From positions 26,352,001 to 26,416,000 of the forward strand of contig NC_087251.1 of NCBI RefSeq assembly GCF_037042905.1: DNA of 64,000 bases, in the 5' to 3' direction. Positions 39,501 to 54,500 of this stretch are shown piece by piece. How positions within the stretch are numbered: the stretch's first letter is position 1; each line of letters opens with the position of its first letter. The translations under genes and the position numbers were made by a program. Origin of the DNA: Lytechinus pictus (taxonomy: Eukaryota). The notes below the pieces were generated by a model. The model had not been told where the DNA came from. It did not search any database and saw only the letters and a list, made by a program, of their open reading frames with translations.

Positions 39501-42500
39501 TGTGTTGGCACTAACGAATGTTCAGGGATGGATATGGGGGGCGGGAATTTATGATGGGATGTCATGGGACATCTTTTCTGACCACAAATTAGTTTTAACT
39601 ACATCATGTATTCTAGAAGACATTAATTAGTTTTAACTACATGTATTCTAGAAGAGAGAACATTAATGACATTACAAAACATGCACATTTAAAAAATTCA
39701 TTCAACTCTAAAATGTGTTTTTCTTTTCGAAGTATTATATTAAACATGTGTAGGGATGGTTACTTTGCATGTTAAGAATTTCCTTAGCCTATGAAGAATG
39801 TCACTTGACATAAAACATGGACAATTTATTGAGGAAGAGTGGTCGGCCATGACGTATGTTAGCACCAACAAATGTGCATGGATGGATATGGGGGAAATTT
39901 ATGTTGGGGTGTCACGTAACATCTGCACTGACTACAACCTATTTCTAACTAATCAAGAACATTAGTGACCTAACATTACATGCATATGTCAAAAGATATA
40001 GTCTTCAATATGTTGTCTTCTTTTTAGTATTCTTTCTTAAATAAAAAATACTAACTTAAAAGTAAAAAAAAATGGTCATGTAGGCTACCTAAAAAAATTA
40101 CTGGAACAAAGTCCAGGATAAAGAAATAAAGTTTACTTTGAAGTCTTAGGTAAACAGCATAAAAATAAACCATTATGTAGTTATAATTTTCCTGATAATG
40201 CAAGCATGATTCACAAACTAATAACTTTGAGGTCATTCATAAAATACATAATGAACAGACACTAATAAAAGAAAAATTCAGATTTAAACATTTAGGTATT
40301 TCCTATCTATGATTCAATAGTGTGCAATGTGCATTACAGAGAAGTTCACACAGCTAGATTTATTCATTCTCTGCATTACTGGTTTGAAACCTAGCTCACA
40401 TAATACAAAACCACTTTATAATGAGCCATCACTTCTCATGGATTAAAAGCATTCCACCCTGGTACCATTAAATCTTTTCTCCCCTCCTCACTCCTAATCT
40501 TGATCACTTCCCAAATTTGTTGTTTCAAGGGTTCATAAAATAAATTCACACTTGAACCCCTAGACACCCTTTTCATCAAACAACTTTCATCCACTGCTGA
40601 CCCCCAAATTCTCCATAGAGGTACTAAACCTCCGGAATGAGCATCCACCAGGGAAATCAAGCGCATGAAGCCAAACAGCTCTAATTTTCATTGATTTTAC
40701 AAGCATCCCGGGATTCTGTTTGGCAGCTTTGAAGGTTCCATTCCAATACCTGTACTGCTTGGATCTTTAGGTGCTTTTACACTAAGCAAATCACAAACGA
40801 TTGTACTTTCTGATTTCATCCTGATCAGAAAACATCAACAAAATATTACGTCCTCTCGAAATTTACAAGAACTCTTTCACTCTTCAAGGTCCTGGGGATA
40901 TTTGAAAGCAAATTATGAGAGCACATCAATTGCTATAGGAATGAAAGAGACTTATTGCAGAGAATTTTATATAATTTAAAATTATTTATGTTGTATTCTG
41001 ATGCCTAAATTATCTTGATTTAAACTGGCTTTTTCTTGAAAGGGCAACCATGACTGGTTGAGGCATAGATATATAAGATAGACAGTCAAAGGTAGAAACC
41101 ATGATGAATACCATTTATCAATTGTTCATTGGCGCAAAAACTGAAGCCTACTGTGAGTGCATACATATACAGACCTGCCAACCTCTTCGAATGAAAAACT
41201 GTATTCTGTGATTTTAAAAAACTGTATTTTTCCCCAAAAAAGTGTATTTCATAATAAAATGCTTGGCGCACTCGCTCATCGCGGCGCTCAAGCTGCATGC
41301 AAGCTAAAATGCGCACTGCTCTTGCAGATGAAAAAAAACATTGAAACATGTGTATATCTCCACCCTGGTTTTAACAAAATGATTGAAGTTACCTGAAATT
41401 GCATTGATCTAATAACCATATTTGTGTACGTTTTATGAAATAGAGACATATAGAGATGATTTTTCTCAATAAATTATGGTTTTGTAAAAAAAAAAAAAAA
41501 AAAAATGCCTCAAACGTACTGGTTGGCAGGTCTGCATATAGACCTGTATGATGATTAATATTTGCATTTTGTATTGACTTCATGTTTTTACAAGGGTTTG
41601 CCATAGTCTTACAGTTATGCTTTTACTAACTGTATCATTGATGTTCCAGAGGAAAGGTATAACAAGAAGTTTTCAAAATTGTCAGTAGCAGATAAAATAT
41701 CACCTTCACCTTCCAGCATTACCACATATTCCTTAATACTTTGGAATACTGTAGAGGCAAAATACTGTCTAACCTGTCTAGGCCACCCAAGGGAAACAGA
41801 AAAAAGTGACCACTAGAGACGGGTACTATTTCACATATTCTTTTCAAATGGGAGACCATATTCGTGGCCACTAAAGACGAGTTTATGCTAAGACAGGTTA
41901 TACTGTATATCATCTTTTTTTTTAATGTTATGGATTCATTGTTTACACTATTCAGTCCACCTGTACGCTTTGAAACACCCATACAAAGTGCCCTATAAAT
42001 GTTGTTGTTATTATAACTATTATTATTATTATTGTTATTATTTTTATCATTTTTATTATTATTAGTATTATTATTATTATTAATTAGGAGGCTGAAATCT
42101 AATTATGTAACAGGAAGAAACAATGTTTTATGCCAGTGAGTCCATACTTGTCATATTACTTATTTAAGTCTAATTTCCAAAGCCAAAAGGTATAGTCTTC
42201 AAAATATGATACATTCAGCTTTCATTCAACTGCAATAATCATATCATTTTAATTGCGTTTGTTGTCAACTACCATTTACTGGAAATGCATCATTGAGAGA
42301 GACAATTTTGACAAGCATATGATATTTTGGACTGAAGGGGGACATGCAGAAATAGTGCAAAACCAAAACTTTATCCATCTCTCTTTGTGATTCCCCATCT
42401 CATTCACATGACCTGCGAAAGTAACACATCTTCTGGGAATGTCCCTCTCCAATTCATGGAAGAAATATGTCACATCTTCAGTGGGCTGTAAATCTCTCAT

Positions 42501-45500
42501 GTGATCATATTTCCTTTTCATCTATCAAAACAGACAGCTCAAGACAAATCTCAAGGAGTATGTCTTGAACATCAAAACACAATTAGAGATTCATATCACG
42601 CAATGGTAATAGGAGAAACCTACTTCAGAATGTAGTTCATGTGAAGTGAAAAGCAATAGACATCACGTGTCTAGTCCATAAAGTGGATATGAAACGTCAA
42701 ATTAAACATCTCAACTTGGGATGGCAGGCAAATATGTTGGAAAGAGGTAATCAAAATGTCATAACGATGTGTGTACTCTGTTCTTCCGACTTTCCTTCCC
42801 ATGAATATCATTTTTTATTAGAATATTTCTCCAAGGAGCTGTAAGAGTGATGCTGTATTCTACATGTATATTGCATGTTTCTCCTTTTAATTTCCCTCAC
42901 TGATAGGTACATGTAAACTGCTATCATGTAAGCCTGAACAATATTTTTGAATGATCCAAGCATCCCAATAAAGTAAAACAATAGCCTTCCTATCTAAAGC
43001 TAAAATGAGTTGCATGTACGGCTGTAGTAATTGACACTACTATCCTGCAAACAAGAACATGCAACTAAACAAATAAGTAAATAAATGTAAAAATAAACAA
43101 AAATAATGAATAAAATTCAAATCATACAACTGGCCACCATAACAAAATATTAAAACAGGCACTCTTGTCAAATCATTGATGGTATTGAATGGTATTGAAT
43201 CTTATCAATATCTGAAATTCTGAATGATGATGTAGCATGTTAGATTGTTACCTTTCAGGTTTGTGTTTTTAATAGGACCAATTACAATCAATTTACCTAA
43301 TTTTTTACCAGTTTTTTTTTTTTTTGCTTCGTTCACTCACAATTCTTAGCAATCATGGAACATATTCAATACTTTAGCCCCATATATTTTATTGTATTTA
43401 TTTTTGTTCATTGCACCACTGGTCATCATAAATAAAGTTTAAAATGGTTCAATAATCTGAGATACATGTACACGTAGGTTTGAAAAATGCTGAAAAGTGA
43501 CTAAATCTTATTCCCTATAGTGACAATAATGGTATGTTCTGGCCCAATCAATTAAAATCAGAACAACTTAAGTTAAACCACGGGATAGCATATCCCCTCC
43601 TTTCCCCTTCTCATCACTCTAAGTATGAATTTTTTAATGAATTGAATTGACGCGTTTGATATATAAATAATTATTATCTTTTGTTTTATGTTTGTTTATG
43701 TATACCTATACTGTATTCAATTTATGTTGGCCTGTATTACGTTTGTTTAGAACTAATAACCTGGGCCCATTATTGTAATTGTTTCCCTTTTTTATTAATA
43801 AAAGGTGATTTATAAAAAAAAAAATCTTAGCAACTTGTTAACAGGATCATTTAAAAGAAAGAGAAAGGAGAATAGAGAGGAACAATGATAGAATAATTTA
43901 GCATACAATTACTGATTCATCAACTAATTTACAGCTATGGGCCAAAAATGATTAATACGCAATAAAGACAGGTTGAACGTTTCATTAAGAAGTGCCGAGT
44001 CGTATCCCTAGCACCTTTGGCTGGGAAGTACAACTGGTCAGTGTCTACTGGAAGATGAACACAGCCACCTGCTCCCAAGAAGACAACAGCCGGAACTCTG
44101 TCATCACCGCACACATTCATGCTAAAACAGTATCATGGATGAAATCCGTCAATCACAAAACAGGTTGCCATAAATATGTGATAGTGTACATGTATGTGCA
44201 CACAGGAAGGTGTACAAAAAAATTAGCAAGCAAATTTCCTGTTCCTAAAATACAGGTACAATTCACTGTGTAAAGAGAGAGAGCGCACAGATGTTCCTGT
44301 ATAACAGAACTCAATTAACCCTTTGCGCGCTGATGTTGCAGTCCTGCACATTCGTACAGTTAAATTCAACAATCGTAATAATTAGTTTTCTCTCCTACCT
44401 TCAAACTAGATAAGCTAATGAAAGTCGATAGTTCTTGAATAACATCTATATAATAATAATAAGTATCAGTGGTGCAATATTGATATCTTGAATTAAAGAA
44501 AATAACATGGAAACAATTGTCATTAATTTCCAAAAATTTAATTCAACATGCAAAGAGTTAACTCATTTTAAAAATAAGCCTTAAAAATAAACCATGGTAT
44601 TGGATGTACTATAGATGCTGAAAAGGTTTTGTAGTAGTTTTATTTTGCTAATTTCATTTCTCGAACATCGGTGTTTATCAACTTTTCCCAGTTTATAGAA
44701 AAAGGCCTAGTCACTGTCCAGCTACATTGAGCATCTATTTGACCCAAAGACGAGGGATAATATAAGGTGCACATTCTTTTAATTTGGCTGGTACTTTGCG
44801 TGGAAAAAACGGGTGAGAGTAATCCAAATACAAATGTATTTCAAAATAGTGTTTATTTCTCATACAAAAACAGGTTTCTTGCACAAACCTCTATAAAATA
44901 AGTACATGTAATTATTTGAGTCTGGAGGTGGACAACTGCAATTTTATATTGAACATCATTTCAGTATGTGACTTTAATATGGAGTATTCAATATTTGATA
45001 TAAAAATCAATGCAAGAAATTACTCACATCAAATATCACATGCTACTCACTAGATATAAAATAAAATAAAAACAAGCATTGCAGACACTCCATTAAAACA
45101 GTAATTTCCCAAGGGTAACCACTTCAGCCATTAGCTGATCTTCCACATAGCCCTACAGAGGTGTACATAATATACTATTATCACCCTTCTTCATTCTAAT
45201 ATGTCGAGCGACTAACAAGAAGGCAGTGGGTACCATTTGTTTGGAATGACTCAGCCGGGATCGAACCCACGACCTTCCATCCATGAGGCAGGTGCTCAAC
45301 CACTGAGCCACCACACCCAGAGTGACTAATTCCAAACAATACAGACAAACAACTTATCATTACACTATGTTTATCTTTGTACAGATTTTAGACTGTGCCA
45401 AGAATACCAACTCAACATATAATAATCTTAATTATTTATAATGTGACTTGACACAACCAAGTTGGTTATGAATTACCCTAACCAAACAGTTTGGCATTTG

Positions 45501-48500
45501 CCAGACAAGGATATGATAAAAACCAGGACCAGTTATTTGAGAAGGGAATGTGGTAAAATGGCAGAAAAAAGAACGGGTATAGCATGCAGGAAATATTGGA
45601 TTAATATTAATTCATTTCACTCCCCATGAGAAGCCCTAACAACACAGGCAAGAGAGGAGGTTCCTTGCGGAAAAAAAAACTGACGTAAAATTACAAAAAC
45701 ACTTCTTGGTTAGTCATAGAATGGATTAATAATGCTAATACATATTTGAGTTTCATGGTGTTGGAAATGGGACCAAAAGACATACTGTGATATCCCTAAA
45801 ATAGTTCTGTGATTACAAGGAATGAGGTGGGGATATTTCTCATATTACTTATTAGGTCAACTGATTCAATAATAGGAAATAAAGCGGTCGAATTTTTCAT
45901 ATAATTATTTATTCTGGACCTATTGTTGTTTCATGATCTAAGCAGGAATAGTGACATTTTGTAATCGATCTTTTACACAAATCATTTTTATTCAATAACT
46001 AAATTTATATCCTACATAGATTGAATCCTGTATAGTGATTGGTTCAAGTAGCATCATGTGACCGAATATATTTCAACTATGATGTTGCGTGACGTCAGAC
46101 CTCGATATATTTTTGGATATACCAATATTCTGACGTCATTATTTCACAAAACTGGATATCTCGGCGCACCGGCTTGCGCGCGCGCAAGTCCAGCGTGATG
46201 CGTCAGCGCAGACACTAATCTGCGTTCCGCTGAGCGCGGTGGCTCGGAGAAAAGTAGGTAATTCAACGCAAGTAACAGGACTTTGCATGCTCAGCGCATA
46301 GATTTTGGTTATAAATTATTAAAAGTAGGATATAAAACAAATATATCAGGCGTTTCATTCGAAAGCATAGTGGGAATTATTAATCCTCGGTTGGACTGTC
46401 AAAACTACTATATTTCCCTCGGGGCTTCGCCCCTCAGGGAAAAATAGTAATTGCCAGACCAACCTCAGATAAATAATTCCACTATACTTTCTCAAAGCCT
46501 GATATATTTTTTTAATATAAGCATTCCAAGGCCTGAGAAATAAAACATTACCAGTAAAGGGGGCTAAACATGTTTAATGATCAAATACAAAGTTTTACAA
46601 AGAAACAATTAAACTACTGTAAATCTTATTGTCATTACCCTTTTACAAGATTTGGACATTAGAGAAATTATTCACATGATCAAATCTTAAACAAATATTG
46701 GCTTCAAACTTTAAAGGCATACAAATGCATTTGGCTGTATACGTTTTAATTGGCAATTCCATACATGAAGACTAGTATCATGTTCCTGTAGCGTAATCAA
46801 TCACCTATAGCCAATACTGGTGATCTACTGTCTGATTGAAGAGCTGCTTTAATATAGTGATCTTCCTACATCTTCATTTCCACACTGAATATCAGATTGC
46901 TATATTGGGCAATTCTAAAGAAGCTGAAGGATCTCCTATATCCTGTATTGGGAATATCATTGAGCACTATTTCAGGAAACCTTAGCTGCTATCTCAAGAA
47001 AGGGATCCTGGAGAGGATTCCGCCCTTTATTTGACACAAGAAGAGACGAGTGACAGATTCCAAAATATCAACCTATTGTTTAAGTTCACACCACTTAAAT
47101 TTTTTTAGAAAACCCAGTGAACACTCAAGATTGATCCATAGCTACATTCTGTCAGATTTTTAAAGGATCACAGGCTAAATATTTGTGAATACTTTGTGAC
47201 TTGCAAGAAACTTTCGCAAAACTAGGTATTTACAAGGAATTTTTAAAGAGTTGGCAAACATCATGAACATAGTGCAAAGAAGCTTTGCAAGCAAATCGCG
47301 AAGAAATGCAGTTACTGTGTTTTAGGCTTGACGTTTTTATTTGTGATTTTATCTTGCATGACAATGACATGATTGACCATGAGACTTAGCTCTGTCACCA
47401 CTGACCTCTAAGGGATCAACACAGAGGACAGCTGAACTCAAAAGATGGCTAATTTTATACTCAATTGACTTGAATCTATCTTGTATCCAGTCACATAGAA
47501 ATAAGCCATCAAACGTTGACATATTTTGTTTGCTGCTGTTTGAAAAACTGACCTGTTGCTGTTGTTACAACGCATGGAAAAGGATAACTGCCCATTTTTA
47601 TTGGTTATATAATTTATATTTTATGAGTAACCTTGCAATTCAGCAACAATTGCATTTAAAATAGCTATTTACATGTATTTTTGTAGTTGATTGATCTGCA
47701 AACTTCATTTAAAGTTCTCCATCCCATCCCCTCCTGAATCTAGTTTGATCCCTTCCTCAAATGGAGAGCTTGACTGCAATGCAATATCGGGAGCATGAAC
47801 AACTATGAACTTCCTTGCTTCCTACTCTTTCATTTTGATTATCTCTATAGTGTCAATCAAAAGCCCAATACAGAGCAATTCAAGCTGTTTCATTATCATA
47901 CAATCTAGTTCCCATTGCCAATGGCGACTCCCTGCAGAGCTGATCTTTCTACGAAAACATCCTCATCCGAAAGTGATACCTCTGAGAACAGTTTCAATCT
48001 CCAACCAAAACTTTCTCAGTAACCTTTCAAGTACTTCCTCTAAGTTCTTCCTGTTTGCTACAATAGAAAGTCAGAACATATCCTTCATGCAAGAACTGAA
48101 TGGAGTTTTCTGTGGTCGAGCTGCTTCCTGTGAAACCAAAACTGTTACTTCTCTCAGCAAAGGCATCGGGTAAACACGGGCGGTATCGCTGAAATGACAG
48201 AAGTAATTCTCCTAGCCTCCCTAGAATATTGGACCATGGAATATGTCACCAATCCACAATAAAAATCAAAGAGTAATACTGTGGATGAACATGTTTGGGA
48301 AACTAGAGCTAACATTCATGATATTTAATATAAAAGGGAAGAGGTCATAAATCACTTTCTCCTAAGATTACTTTTTAACTCTTTTAAGAACTGTGATGTT
48401 TGTCATGCCTTAACCCTATCTAGGGGGGGGGGGGGTCTACAAGACCCCCCTCAACGATTCGTGCAATATTTTTTACTACCACTCCAGGTGGGTGTTTCAT

Positions 48501-51500
48501 AAAGCTGTTCATAAGTTAAGAGCGACTTTAAGAACGACTGGTGATCCTTTCATGTGGTAAATAATATATTCATTGGCAATGGTTAAGCGCGTAAGAAAGG
48601 ATCACCAGTCCTTCTTAAAGTCGCCCTTTAACTTACAAACAGCTTTATGAAACGGCCCCTAGTACCAACTGCTCATACATCTTACAATTGCTCCAGTAGA
48701 ATGATCAGAGGCATATGCTGTAAGACCTGTGCTGTAACCACAACAGTTTCTCAAAACCACTAGATCTCTGGTGGCAAAGGCTTGATCAATTACTACTTAG
48801 TCTGATCTAATTTTGTCCAATTCTCATTAAGGTTCATCCCTCATAGTCAAATCCATTACTCTATTTTTTATTACAAATGATTTTCAATAATGAATTAGTT
48901 TAATATCCTTTTGACCCATTTACCATTTCACAAGATCTCCAGAACTTTGGGCTATGTACATTTTGTCTAATACAAATTTTGTCTACAACCTCTCGGTGTT
49001 TGCTGCATGAATCTTGGACTCAATAGCAAGTTAATTCTCAGGGCTTTTTAAAAATAACCACATTTCTATGATAAAATGTAAAAAAATTGTGCTTATTATT
49101 GGTCTATTCATTGTTCCATGAAAGCAACAACTACTCAGTACACTCGTAACATGTGATGCATCTGAATTGAGATTTCAAAAGAGATGTTCCAGTGCTGCTA
49201 ACAAACATCTTTATTACCTCTTTGTCGCTGGGCGCAAGCTTACTTTCAAGCAATGCTTACCTCACTGGATCTGAGTAGAATCCTATATCTATATCTCATG
49301 TTATGGTCTTTGCTATTCTCCACCGGACTCTCCTGTTCCTCCACTCTCTCCCTACGGACGCTGACAGCCAGAGGACCAAGAAAGTCATCCACACCAAAGT
49401 AGTTCTGATGTTCTACAGGAACAAAATAAACCAGGGACAAGAATAGAATTGTGGGTAAATACATGTATGCATTTAAAACAGAAGGTGTAATATCCTTGAG
49501 TTTATAGGGTCGAACATAAATAAATCATGATCGTCACATTTTCTACATTTATATGCTTTATAATTTTAAAACAACACACATCATCTGATTTGACCACAAA
49601 GTGTTCATAATTGTGTTGATAATTCTTTACACTGATAATATAACTAAGTGAATTCTTTCTTTCCTGATAAAGAAAACAAATTACTACAATCTACTTTCGA
49701 AAATTTCTTATTAAATTCCTTATGAAAAATAGAGCCATCAATTTCATAAGAACATTAATTCTCATAAGAAATGAAATCATGGAAAAGGCTGTTGGCAATA
49801 TTAGAGCTAATGTGTACACATGTTTGGGTCTTTAAATTCACTGAGGATGAAAACCTTTTCTCCATTTCAAATACAAAACAAAACCCAAAACTGTACAACA
49901 TATCCACACTCCATAACAAAGCTTAAACGGACCTGTATATTATCTGCTTCATCATCAGATGGTAATCAGGTTAGCAAAAGTGCTAAATAATTTCTCTATT
50001 GACTTTACAAGGATCATTTGACTGACACAATTCAAAAGGTTAAACATCAAAGTGACAGTCCCAACAGCCTGAGAAAGACTTCATGCACAAAAAATATCCC
50101 CTAATTGACATTGCCTGGCTAAAAATGGACAGGAGGCTACACATCACAGGAAATTTGTAGTGACAGGATTCTGCCAAATTTGTAAAATAATTTTTAATGC
50201 AAGAATTATAAAGCTTTATTAGGAAATTTAGAGGGTGCCCAACTAAAAAGATTTTGAATGACATTCCTTTTTTTTAAATAAATCAAGTGTTAACCCATCA
50301 CTTGCAATCAAGAAATTGCAAAAAATAATTTGTCTTAATATTTTAAAAATATTAATTGTTTGATACCAGATTACATTAATCACTACAGATAGAATAATAC
50401 AAAAATGGTTTTAAAAATGGAATTATAGAGAATAGCAATTATGAAGGCTTTTATTTTTATTTTTTTAATTTTAGGGGCAAACTAGTTTTTGCACCAATAT
50501 ACATGCATATTTTGCCCTTGGTCTTACCATGTTTGTAGAAGTACTTGCGATAATACAGGGCGCCTTGGTCCATGTGTTCTATGACAGGCCCACGCCAGAC
50601 GTAATTGGATTGGTCATCGTTGGTGATGAGCTCGGAAGCCCCCCTCTTCTCAAGAATCGTTTGATGGCGATACCTGGTAGAGTCATAAAATAAGAGTTGA
50701 TTTGATTGAGTCAGTGATTGGAAGTGATGTCATAAAAGAAGAGTTGATACGATTGAGCCGGCAATTGGATAAATGTATTTGAGAATGCATGAGCGAGGAT
50801 GGGATACCGATGTTAATGGGCGGAGGGGAATGACAGTTGTGGAATTTGTTTGATGAGGAGATGGCTCTGATGATACTATGCCACAGTATTCGGAGGAGCT
50901 TCTGAAGGATTGCCAACATTCAGGGAAAGTCTTTTTCTTTGTAAAGGCTTTATATTGCTCATCTTTATAGCTGAATATATTTTATTATTAAAAGAAAAAA
51001 CAAACTTTCATGTTCTTGTTAATTTTAAACTCATTGCATGTGTAGACTTTAGGAGAAACTTTTTTAGTCATGTTGAATATATGGCACTTTCATTACATCG
51101 TAATGAGAAATGGGCTAAGACTGATGAAGAACATGTACTCTACAAAGAAATTATATGTTCATGACAATCAACTTTATGTAAATGGTTTCATTATAAGCGA
51201 TAGACTTCACTTTGCAAGTGACATAAAGCCTTATAACATATAACTCAACAGAAGGGTTGGATTTCATCTGCTCTGCACTCATGCAATTATATCATAATTA
51301 AGATAACTGTCAAACTAATCCTCTATCCTTAATCCATCCAGGTCACATATACTCAGCTATATGAGAGGCTTCACTAGCAGTTTTTCCTGTCCCATTTTAC
51401 CAACTTTTACATGATCCAAAGCTGTGTTATTGTTTAATAAATCATTAATTCACTCACAAATGTAAACAAAATGAAGCAGAGTCTATCCCCATTCCAGTTA

Positions 51501-54500
51501 AAGTTCATTGACCCCATTTTGACCCCTATTTACAAGTTCAACCCCCAATCAGCCGTATGCACTGGATGTGATCCAACCGGCATAACAGTCACTGCATGGA
51601 GCAATTAGCACCATTCAGCGTTGATTACCGGTGCCCCTCCTGGCAACGGCCTCCGCCATCCATACCAGACATAGTCTACATGCCCACCTGGGCAACAGCA
51701 GACATGGTTTGTGATTCCAAGATATTGGTCTAGCTGCATGTGTTCATACTAAATTTTACTTGGTTGTAGAGAAACATCAGTGTAGGCTTTGCATACTGTA
51801 CTAACCTGGGTCAGACCAACAACTGCCATCGTTTGTGATTGTTCCGGTGTGTGTTCACACATAATTTATTTCTTCTGTAATAAAACTCCTTACAAAACTA
51901 AGGATGGACATTTTCAAGCATTTTATATAGAGTGTGTCCTTATAATTTTTTTTTTTTTTTTTTTTTGGGGGGGGGCTTCCATTGTATTACATGCATATCA
52001 ACCTTTACCTTAAAAGAGAACACTTGATTTGCAATATAGTCACAATATCTTAGAAAATCACACATTAGTTTATTTGACTTTTGCTATACAGTAATTGATA
52101 AATTTTCTTATTTTGTGGGTTCTCACAAACAAGAAACACAAGCCAAGACACTACCTTATCAAAATAGCATAAATATGAATATTAAAACAAAATGCTAGGT
52201 AAACAAAACCAGAAAGATAAAAGGACTTCTCCGTTTTAGGAAATAGAATGTGGACGCAGCATCTCCTACAGCAGACACGTATTGTGATAAACCCATAATA
52301 TTTTGATGTTAGACTGTTACAATCAGACATAACCTACATGTATATGCATGATACACAAACATCATTCTGACGGTTGGTCATGTGATCACATCTAATGATA
52401 GTCTGATATGCAGACATGACATGATTATGATTAAACTGATAAATGAACAAACATGAACCTGGTATCCAAAACAATACAGAACTCTGTCAAGCTTTCAAAA
52501 TGAATGAAAGCAATTAAAAAAGTAAAAGATTTCAAATTAAGAAAATAAATATAAAATTCAGGGTCTGCTGAGATTATGTATGTTAAACATTTTCTGGATG
52601 TTCCAGGTAATGTAAATCACAACCACAAAAAAACCCATTACAGATGGAATTACAAACAGAAACAGTAGGCCTACTGTTGCAATATCACAGGGCCTACATT
52701 TAACTTCTTTTTCTGTGTAAAGATGAAAACACAGTTATCATCTCATTCATATGAAATAAAATGGTACATGTTTAAAAAAAGTTAAAATGCCCTGTACAGA
52801 ATGTAAAGTTGCAACCAAAATAGGTAACTTCTTCTGACCAACCTCCTCCCCCTACCCCTCCTTAAATATTTCAACACTTGCCTCTATAATTTCCCTTTAT
52901 TAATTCATCCCATCCTCAATAAATCATCAATTATGAGAATCTTATAATTATGAAAATTATCCAGATATAATTTGATAAGGTATTTCTCAAGGTTCCAAAC
53001 TGTGATACCATACTGTGGCAAAGACAAGGTGTGAGAAGTGAAATTCATCCGAATGGCAAGTTTCCTGGCGCCTTTGCAATTAGGCTGTAAGACCTAGACA
53101 TGATAGAGACACAATATGTAGCAACAGCCCAACATGACTCTTCCTGTTAGCAATACACTATGCCTAATGGTTTTCAAGGATCTTTGAACATTTGGTGTTC
53201 TCACACCTGCCTACTCAAGAAAAATAAATGGTATTTTCATATCAGGTATTCTACCCCAATCAGAAAATACCAAGTGTTTTGCCATTTAAAATAAGTTACT
53301 CGTAATATCAATTGAGAAAAAAAATACTTTTTAAAATTATAAAACTTTTTCATGGTTGTGGTGATATTCACAGTATTGTGAAAAAGTCACAAGAACTTTT
53401 AAGGTGAGGCAGGAAGACTGATACAAACATAAATGTTTTCTTGTTTACTCATGAATTACTAGATTTTTATATCTAGGTAGGTGTCAATGGCTGAAACTAT
53501 TTTCATACCTCTATAAAGTTCTCCTAATTTACATATATTTTTCCTGTTTTGTAAGGTGTACATATGCCTAGATAGAATATAATTTGAGGACACGTGATAC
53601 AGGAGATAAGAACACTTTTGTTTTCTCCAATGGGTTACAATTTGAAAAAGGCAATGCTGATGACAACATGCTTCATGAGCATGAAAATTGCTTGAAATAA
53701 AGATTTTTAAGTTCTGCTCCAGAAAATTGGAATCATTGCATATCAATCTTGTAAGCCCTAACCCCAATTTAAAACCAAATAAAAATCATATTCCGAACTG
53801 GGCCAACCCTACAAATAACCCAAGTAGAGAAACTTCCAGGTAAAGCAGTCAAGTGATACAGGTCCAGTATAACATGAGTGCCCTGTAGCACTGCACTAGA
53901 AATGCTATACCTTTTTTTTTGGGGGGGGGGGAGGGGGTAAATCATAAAACAGCACACAAACATTGCATCTTGGGATCTAAAGATTTTAATGATAAAACAA
54001 AAGTTCAGTGGTGAGTTTGTTTTTACACCCTTGGCTCCCCCTCTCTTCATCAAGGGTTTGATTATCCTGAAGATTACAAATAAAGGCCTGGCCCAACTGC
54101 ACTTACGGATGCAGAGAGGATGCAAAACGGACAAAAATCTTGCCATCCATTGAAAAACGCTCTGTATCCGCTGTGTAGTCTTTGCATACGTGTTTCATAC
54201 GCTCTATATCCATCGAACATCCGTCCACTGTGATTTCATTGTTCACTCATTTCGTCCATTGTCTGGAGCGAATGAAAACGGATGGACCCACCCCGAAATA
54301 TTGCTTGTCCACTGTATCCGTTATGAATACACTTTGTGTCCGTCGGCCAGTGGGACCAGGCCTTAACCAGTGCAGCAAGTGCACTGTACTGGATCCTCCT
54401 TGGTCTCCTTCATCTTGTATCATACTGTTTCACACTCCTCAAGAATTACTCAGTTTGCTAACAACATATAGTGCAACAGTCTATAACAAATTGTTTCTTA

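Noticed and set aside
45245..45318. tRNA gene
   Set aside because: A and B boxes are present, but I cannot build a proper acceptor stem and the sequence runs into a SINE body.
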